Positions 29,332 to 34,937 of a DNA stretch of 34,937 nucleotides are shown here, one piece after another (position 1 is the stretch's first letter; each line of letters begins with the position of its first letter). Both the position numbers and the translations under genes were made by a program. This DNA is from Candidatus Binatus sp. (GTDB lineage Bacteria; Desulfobacterota; Binatia; Binatales; Binataceae): positions 1 to 34,937 of the forward strand of contig JBGPNU010000001.1 in the NCBI GenBank assembly GCA_041487675.1. The letters run 5' to 3'. The notes beneath the pieces were generated by a model, which searched no databases, was not told the origin of the DNA, and worked only from the letters and a program-made list of their open reading frames with translations.

Positions 29332-30786
29332 CTATACCCGGCCGCGAGCTTCGCGCGTTTTCAGACTCAGGTACAGAGTCGCGGCGTCGCCATTCTCGCG
29401 CCGATTCGAATGGATATCGCGCAGCCGGTCGAGCAGCTCGCTTTCGATGCTTGCCGAATGCTCGGCGGCGAGTTCCACTGCGCGAGCGGCCCATCTGAGC
29501 GCGATGCGCCCTTCGAGACCGCCGAAATCGTCGAAGTACCACGCACAACTGGTCAGCGACGCCTGCCCCGCACGCACCATCTCGAGCATCCTGAGCAAAG
29601 TCTCGCGAGGGCCTTCGTCGCCGACTTTGAAGCGCTTGAAGAACTCGGCGTGAACCGCGGGATTCGTATCGATCAGCAGCCGGATTCCCTCGCGCAGTAA
29701 CGCCTGATGCTCTTTCACGAGAGCCGGTGCGAAGCGGTCGTAAGTCGCCTCGGCGTGATTCTTAACGAAATCCATCGCGGCGCGAAATGGGCCGCGCCAA
29801 TTCTGCGAGGTGTTCGGATCGAGGCGGCATCCGCAGTTCGCGCGCCATCGTTCGACGCCATGCGGACAGCTCCACGAACTCGCAGAATGAATCTCGAACG
29901 ATCCTGCCGCAGGATGGGCCGCGAGGTAGCCGGCGCAGTTGATCAGCAGCACGTCGTCGCGGCCCTCGAGGGTAAACAGCGCGCGAGCGAGTTCGGCCGC
30001 GCCATGTTTATTATGATGCCCAAAGGTTTCGCCGTCGGTCGCAATCATAAATGCGGCGCCCGGTTCCAGGCCAAGCGCGGCGGACGCAAGCCACTCGGCC
30101 AGTCGGGCGCCGTCGGCCAATCCGTCGCCGAAAGAGATCGTAGCCGACAATTCGCGATCGTATCGGAAGACCGCAAGATTCAATTCGCCACTTCGCCATT
30201 GGAAAGGGCCGGCCGCGCGCGACTCGGCACCCGCACCGCGGAAGCTGCCCTGGTCCGGCGCGAGGATAACGAACTCGATTCCGGCGGTCGCGACCGATGC
30301 GAGCGTGTCATCGTCGGCGGCGCACTCGGGCAGCCACATACCGACCGGCCGCCGTCCGAAGCGGAAGACGAAATCCTCGATACCCCATGCGATCTGCAAG
30401 TCGCGATCGCGCGGCGGCAGCAGGGGCAAAATCGAGTGATTGTACGATTGTGCGATCGCGTTGCCGTGACCGCCGAGACGCTCGGCGGAGAGCGCATCGC
30501 CACGAGTCATCGCACGGTATGCGGACTTGCCGTGGGTCTGCATCCATCCGGCCAGCGTCGGCCCGAAGTCGAAATTAAGCCGCTCGTAATTGTTGCGGAC
30601 ATGGACCACCGAGCCCTGCATCGTGTGAGCATGGGCGTTGGCGGTGTAGCATTCGCTGAGTATTCGCTCGTTCCAGTTCTGAAACGGCGCCGCACCATGC
30701 TCGGGGCTGATCAACCCGGTCCACGGGCTTTCGCGCGGGGGTTGATAGAAGTGGCCGTGAATTATGAGGTAGCGCGGTTCATCCAT
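29332..30786 (-). CDS. Glycoside hydrolase family 57 protein (alpha-glucan-acting)
   Basis: 484 aa. GH57 conserved regions [18 protein letters not shown] (nucleophile Glu region) and [10 protein letters not shown] (acid/base Asp region). Confidence 0.8.
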   Translation of the reverse strand: MDEPRYLIIHGHFYQPPRESPWTGLISPEHGAAPFQNWNERILSECYTANAHAHTMQGSVVHVRNNYERLNFDFGPTLAGWMQTHGKSAYRAMTRGDALSAERLGGHGNAIAQSYNHSILPLLPPRDRDLQIAWGIEDFVFRFGRRPVGMWLPECAADDDTLASVATAGIEFVILAPDQGSFRGAGAESRAAGPFQWRSGELNLAVFRYDRELSATISFGDGLADGARLAEWLASAALGLEPGAAFMIATDGETFGHHNKHGAAELARALFTLEGRDDVLLINCAGYLAAHPAAGSFEIHSASSWSCPHGVERWRANCGCRLDPNTSQNWRGPFRAAMDFVKNHAEATYDRFAPALVKEHQALLREGIRLLIDTNPAVHAEFFKRFKVGDEGPRETLLRMLEMVRAGQASLTSCAWYFDDFGGLEGRIALRWAARAVELAAEHSASIESELLDRLRDIHSNRRENGDAATLYLSLKTREARGRV

Positions 30787-30969
30787 CTGAAATTATGTTC
30801 CGCCTCCAGGCCTTGGCGCGAAAGACCATCGCCCCGGCGAATCGGCCACTTTTGCGGTCCAACTTTACGGGTGCCTTGCAGTAAAACTTATTCGTCTTGT
30901 TTGCCGGATTCTGTCCGGCTTATCAAGGCGCGGGCGGATTTCGCATGCTAACTATCCACAATCCTTGAA

Positions 30970-31085
30970 GCAGGGGCCAGCCCCTGCACCCAATGTAGGA
31001 TTTCTCCTCTCCTCACTCATACTTCTAACAGGCTGTCAGGCCGCATCCGGCTCACAGGAAGTCCGAAACCCAGTGTGGGTTTCGG
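30970..31085 (+). repeat. Composite repeat block: GCAGGGG-CCAG-CCCCTGC hairpin, TTCTAACAGG module, GGAAG + GAAACC hairpin (R3 core)
   Basis: Hairpins at 30970-30987 and 31063-31085 (CCGAAACCCA-GTG-TGGGTTTCGG), ending 31 nt 3' of the MaoC gene stop. Confidence 0.75.
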
Positions 31086-31115
31086 GAACTCTGAATCCTT
31101 TCCTCTGATGCCTGC

Positions 31116-31538
31116 CTATGCGCAGGCGGCGCGGAAGCTGCCGCGGATCGCCGGCTCGCCCTTTTGATTCAGCACGATCAAGTCGCCCTCGATCTGCTTC
31201 TCGCCGTCCTTCTCTACCTTGCCCGTGATTTTGCCGGTGCAGGTGACGACGTCGCCCGGCCATACGCGGGTGGCGAAGCGCACCTGAAAGCGCCGCACGT
31301 TTCCGATCCCAACGAAGTCGGTGACCGCCTTCGAGAGCAGACCCGCGGTGAACATCCCCTGCGCGAAGACGGTCGGGATTCCGGCCGCCTCGACGAAAGT
31401 CTGATCGTAATGCAGCGGGACGAAGTCGCCCGACGCGCCTGCATAGCGCACGAAGTCGGGACGGGTCACGCCCTCGACGACGTACTTGGGAATCTCGTCG
31501 CCGACCTTGACCGAATCGAATTTCAGTTTTGCCGCCAT
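31116..31538 (-). CDS. MaoC-like (R)-specific enoyl-CoA/ACP hydratase, hot-dog fold
   Basis: 140 aa. DFVRYAGASGDFVPLHYD matches the MaoC dehydratase active-site region (D....H); hot-dog fold size. Confidence 0.8.
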   Translation of the reverse strand: MAAKLKFDSVKVGDEIPKYVVEGVTRPDFVRYAGASGDFVPLHYDQTFVEAAGIPTVFAQGMFTAGLLSKAVTDFVGIGNVRRFQVRFATRVWPGDVVTCTGKITGKVEKDGEKQIEGDLIVLNQKGEPAIRGSFRAACA

Positions 31539-31594
31539 TTTGATTCTCCGCTTGAAGAGGTCTGCATCTTGAAGATTTCCGCGTCGCTCGCCGT

Positions 31595-32053
31595 TCAGGC
31601 CTTGACCGCCTGGCCGGTCTCGATAAGCGTCGCGCGCGCGGTCGCGACCTTCTCGCCCTTCTGGTTGGTGTACTCGGTTTCGCTGACGAGAAAAGTCATC
31701 TTGCCGCCGCGTCCGCCTTCTTTTTCATAGAAGTCGGCGATTTTGGTCACACCGGTAAGCGTGTCTCCGACGAAGATGGGCTTGAAGAACTCGAATTCTT
31801 GTTCGCCATGCAGGATACGGCGCAAATCGAAGCCGCCAAAGCCGGGGCTTGAAGTCTCGTCGGTCCAGAACGCGCTGGTCTGCAGAAAAGTCACCGGCAC
31901 CGGGATTCCACCGACTTCTTTCTTTGCGACTTCGGGATCGAAGTAGATGGGATTCGGATCCTTGATCGCGCGGGCGAACTCACGGACCTTGCTCCAATCG
32001 ACGTGCATCTTGAACGGCTTGCCGGTTTTACCGACGACGCTTTTGTCGGCCAT
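31595..32053 (-). CDS. MaoC N-terminal-type (FAS1-like) dehydratase subunit, partner of the adjacent MaoC protein
   Basis: 152 aa. Hot-dog-like, lacks the D....H catalytic pair. Tandem arrangement resembles heterodimeric HadA/HadB-type dehydratases. Confidence 0.65.
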   Translation of the reverse strand: MADKSVVGKTGKPFKMHVDWSKVREFARAIKDPNPIYFDPEVAKKEVGGIPVPVTFLQTSAFWTDETSSPGFGGFDLRRILHGEQEFEFFKPIFVGDTLTGVTKIADFYEKEGGRGGKMTFLVSETEYTNQKGEKVATARATLIETGQAVKA

Positions 32054-32230
32054 GTGATTGAACCTCTTTTTTTAAGTCAGCCGCGGACCCGTCGATCACC
32101 GCGAAGCGCCGGTTGGGCCAAGTCCGCGGTGGTATCGGATCAGCGGTTGAAGATGCCGTACCACGGCGCGCCGCTCCCCGACAAGCGGAGAGTAAACGCA
32201 CCTTGGCTATCAGCGCGACAATCGCGCCCC

Positions 32231-32259
32231 TTGTTCCAATGCCCGGCGATTCATATGAT
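32231..32259 (+). promoter_or_regulatory. Putative sigma70-like promoter of the methyltransferase gene
   Basis: TTGTTC (32231-32236), 17-nt spacer, TATGAT (32254-32259), 8 nt to the ATG at 32268 (very short or no leader). Confidence 0.35.
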
Positions 32260-32267
32260 CTCGTGAT

Positions 32268-33125
32268 ATGCAAGAGGCGATTGTACGGCAGGGACGGACC
32301 ACCCACAGAATCCGTCATGGAGACGCTCGCGAGCTGGATTGGATTCCCGACAAGTCGCTTCATTTGGTTCTCACATCACCCCCATACTGGACGCTCAAAG
32401 AGTATCCCGCACAGGAACGTCAGCTCGGGGGAGTGCTTGATTACGAGCAATTCCACGATGAACTCGACAAGGTTTGGGGCCACTGCCTCAGGGTGCTCGT
32501 CCCCGGAGGCCGTCTGATTTGTGTGGTTGGCGATGTATGTCTTTCGCGCAAGAAACACGGCCGACACATGGTGATGCCTCTTCACGCTGACATCGTTGTC
32601 CGCGCGCGGAGAATAGGATTCGACAATCTGAGCCCCATCTTCTGGTACAAGATTTCGAACGCAAAATACGAGGTCGAAAACGGCTCTGGCGGGTTCCTTG
32701 GGAAACCCTATGAACCGAACGCCATCTTCAAGAATGATGTCGAGTTCATCCTGATGCTTCGCAAAGCGGGAGGATACCGAAAGCCCACCGAGGAACAGCG
32801 AGCGGCTTCGAAGTTGACCAAGGAAGAACATCAGGCGTGGTTTCAACAGGTTTGGAATCTAAATGGAACATCAACACGAGACCATCCGGCCCCATATCCT
32901 CTTGAGTTGGCTTATCGACTGGTGCGGATGTTCTCGTTCACTGGCGACACTGTGCTGGATCCTTTTATGGGAACCGGAACGACTCTACTGGCTGCCGCGA
33001 AGTGCGGTCGTAACAGCATCGGAGTCGAAATTGATCGGCACTACGTGGCCGATTCGAAAGTTCGGCTCGAAAATGAACTCTCAGATCTGTTCGCCGAGAA
33101 TCAAAGCGTCGTCGCCGCTAGGTAA
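32268..33125 (+). CDS. Beta-class amino DNA methyltransferase (SPPY motif IV; N4-cytosine or N6-adenine), type II R-M
   Basis: 285 aa. Motif IV LVLTSPPYW precedes AdoMet motif I VLDPFMGTGTT (beta-class order). HPAPYP region. Confidence 0.85.
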   Translation: MQEAIVRQGRTTHRIRHGDARELDWIPDKSLHLVLTSPPYWTLKEYPAQERQLGGVLDYEQFHDELDKVWGHCLRVLVPGGRLICVVGDVCLSRKKHGRHMVMPLHADIVVRARRIGFDNLSPIFWYKISNAKYEVENGSGGFLGKPYEPNAIFKNDVEFILMLRKAGGYRKPTEEQRAASKLTKEEHQAWFQQVWNLNGTSTRDHPAPYPLELAYRLVRMFSFTGDTVLDPFMGTGTTLLAAAKCGRNSIGVEIDRHYVADSKVRLENELSDLFAENQSVVAAR

Positions 33126-33825
33126 AGCGCCTAGAATATAGCTTTGCGATCCGTTTGATGAAGTTCCCGTAGTTGAGCGGACTGTCCTTCGGCGGAGATG
33201 GCGGACCAGTCACAAGCTTAGACGGGCTCGCGCCGTCGTAGCTAACGATGATCACTGCCAACGCCTCGGGCTGATCCGAGGGTTCGTCAGGTTGCTCTCG
33301 AAGCGGAAGATTTGCAAAGAGCTCGACCGTGGCCCCAACCACCTTGAGCATGTCGAATTTTGCGCGTTTCAACGCCGTAGCAAAAGGATCCGGATTTTTG
33401 TAGGCGCCAGAAAAGTTGATCACCAAGATTCCGGCGGCGATACAGTCGCGGTTATGGTTGTGGATATGATTGGAGTAGGCGATAAGATCGCCGAACCGGT
33501 TTTTTCTAGCCTTGCCGTGCGCAGCCATAATCGTCTTGTTTTCTACCGCGATGACAACTCTGCCCGGCGCCTCTACATTGCTCTCGCAAATCACGAGATC
33601 GACATTTCGTCCCACTACTTGGGTTTGTACTTCGGCGTTCCGAACTTCGCGGAGTTTTCCTGAGGTCAATGCCGCGTCAATTTGTGCCGAAGCCTTTCGC
33701 AAATCGGTGACGACGAATTCCGAGAGTGCGTTTGAGCTCTTCTGGCTTCTGGGGTTAAAGCCCGGATGAGCATTGATCCAATTGATATACGCCCGCGGGG
33801 CCGACATAGCGCGTTTATGTAACAT
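33118..33825 (-). CDS. Putative type II restriction endonuclease (PD-(D/E)xK candidate)
   Basis: 235 aa. Convergent with the methyltransferase gene and overlapping it by 8 bp. Candidate catalytic motif NVDLVI...(17 aa)...AVENK. No family recognised by eye. Confidence 0.55.
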   Translation of the reverse strand: MLHKRAMSAPRAYINWINAHPGFNPRSQKSSNALSEFVVTDLRKASAQIDAALTSGKLREVRNAEVQTQVVGRNVDLVICESNVEAPGRVVIAVENKTIMAAHGKARKNRFGDLIAYSNHIHNHNRDCIAAGILVINFSGAYKNPDPFATALKRAKFDMLKVVGATVELFANLPLREQPDEPSDQPEALAVIIVSYDGASPSKLVTGPPSPPKDSPLNYGNFIKRIAKLYSRRFT

Positions 33826-33886
33826 ACTGCAAATTTGAGCTGAACGACTCTCTAACTCATTCTCTCAGGTGCCGACATGAATATAT

Positions 33887-34156
33887 TTGTGTGCCCCAAA
33901 ATGCGGATACGGCAGCATCAACGAGCTGTCACTGTGCGTCGTGATGCATCGTGTAACCGAATGGGATCTTACGGGCAGCCCCGAAGAGTTTGGCGAACCC
34001 GAAGTCGATTGGGAATCTGATATGCCGTACGACGCGCTGGGCGGGCCGCCGGATCGAGAGCCGAAACTCACCTTCGAGTGCTGCCGCTGCGGCGAACAAT
34101 TTGAAAAGCCAAAACCGGCAGATATAGCTCGACGAATAGCTGACTGGCTCGTTTGA
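33887..34156 (+). CDS. Small acidic four-Cys (zinc-ribbon-like) protein; 5' end probably frameshifted from ATG 33877
   Basis: The ORF-track TTG start has no SD. ATG at 33877 has AGGTG 5 nt upstream and reads MNIFVCPK, then leaves frame in the C4A4 run (33894-33901). Removing one base gives MNIFVCPKCGYGS...FECCRCGEQF. Confidence 0.45.
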   Translation: MCAPKCGYGSINELSLCVVMHRVTEWDLTGSPEEFGEPEVDWESDMPYDALGGPPDREPKLTFECCRCGEQFEKPKPADIARRIADWLV

Positions 34157-34165
34157 ACCCTCCAC

Positions 34166-34937
34166 TTACTCGATGGTGCGGGGGGCTTCGCCGCCGTCGA
34201 TGATCAGCAGCGCGCCGGTGATGTAGCTCGACGCCTCCGAGGCCAGGAACATGCACGGATACGCGATCTCCTCGACCCGGCCGAAACGTCCGAGCGCGCG
34301 CGATCGCGCGACCATCTCTTTGACCTTCGGATTGGGCCATACGCGCGGCGCCGCGCCCTCGGTGTCGATAGGTCCGGGTGCGATACAGTTGACGCGAATT
34401 CCGTTGCGGCCCCATTCGCCGGCGTGCGAAACGGTCAGGTTGATAACGCCCGCTTTTGCAGCCCCATACGGGAGCATCGTCGGCGAGCCATGCACGCCCG
34501 CAGTGGACGAGATATTGATGATCGAACCGGGGCTCTTCTGCTCGATGAACTGACGGGCCGCCGACTTCGAGCAGAAGAACACGCCGTCGAGGTTGATTCC
34601 GACCACCGCGCGCCATCCGTTGGGCGATAGATTCAGCGTCGGAGCGGTAATACTCGCGCCGTGATTGTTAATCAGCACATCGAGGCGGCCAAATTGCCGG
34701 ACCGCCTCGGCGACCATCTTGTCGCATTGGTCGGCGTCGCGGACATCGACGGGCGTCATCTCGCATTTGCCGCCGGCCTTGCGAATTTGGTCGCGGACAC
34801 GCTCGAGGTTTTCGACCTTGCGGCTCGCGATCAGCACGGGCGCTCCGGCCGCCGCGAACTCCTTGGCGATCGACTCACCGATTCCGGTTCCGCCGCCGGT
34901 GACGATGGTAACCTTGCCTTCGACACTAAATGGATTC
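34166..34937 (-). CDS. Short-chain dehydrogenase/reductase (SDR), 5'-partial at window edge
   Basis: The frame stays open beyond the ORF-track start to the window end (NPFSVEGKVTIVTGGGTGIGESIAKEF...). Rossmann TGGGTGIG motif, NNHG, S...Y..AK catalytic region (YGAAKAG). Resembles dienoyl/enoyl-CoA reductase-type SDRs. Confidence 0.85.
   Translation of the reverse strand, partial: NPFSVEGKVTIVTGGGTGIGESIAKEFAAAGAPVLIASRKVENLERVRDQIRKAGGKCEMTPVDVRDADQCDKMVAEAVRQFGRLDVLINNHGASITAPTLNLSPNGWRAVVGINLDGVFFCSKSAARQFIEQKSPGSIINISSTAGVHGSPTMLPYGAAKAGVINLTVSHAGEWGRNGIRVNCIAPGPIDTEGAAPRVWPNPKVKEMVARSRALGRFGRVEEIAYPCMFLASEASSYITGALLIIDGGEAPRTIE

Noticed and set aside
30903-30919. Hairpin GCCGGA-TTCTG-TCCGGC upstream of the GH57 gene as a terminator
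   Set aside because: There is no T-run on the strand where a gene ends; on the plus strand it is followed only by TTATCAAGG. The evidence is insufficient.
32003-32517. ORFs at 32003-32266, 32028-32363 and 32113-32517 at the left edge of the R-M island (possible controller protein)
   Set aside because: They overlap each other and the methyltransferase start, lack SD sequences and an HTH-like sequence, and look compositionally non-coding.

Overview
High-G+C (about 60-65% by eye) bacterial chromosomal segment, mostly minus-strand housekeeping operons. These are purB-purC-purS-purQ-purL-purF (10913 down to 3923), rimP-nusA-ylxR-infB-DUF503-rbfA followed by truB-rpsO-pnp-M16 peptidase-dut (25131 down to 11043), GH57-acs, a MaoC-type dehydratase pair and a partial SDR. 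Accessory content: (1) An intact 2.4-kb IS1595-family element (172-2588) has perfect 24-bp terminal inverted repeats, an 8-bp target duplication and about 1.4 kb of unknown cargo. It is inserted exactly in the loop of a dispersed hairpin repeat. (2) Modular GC-rich hairpin repeats (called R1, R2, R3 here) fill most intergenic gaps. One inverted R1 pair encloses a decayed DUF559 endonuclease gene in a REP/RAYT-like geometry; this is my best candidate for something undescribed. (3) ndh and a GFA-family gene on the opposite strand, plus a repeat cluster, split rbfA from truB, and a ghost copy of the rbfA 3' end sits beside the cluster. (4) A lower-G+C type II restriction-modification island (32268-33825) with an apparently frameshifted Zn-ribbon ORF lies between lipid-metabolism genes. 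Smaller observations: a 4x GTGAAAAA array in the purB leader, a leader terminator upstream of rimP-nusA, a probable non-canonical ylxR start, and DnaA boxes between purB and purC. No rRNA, tRNA or CRISPR array was seen. All family calls come from motif recognition by eye; no searches or computations were run.
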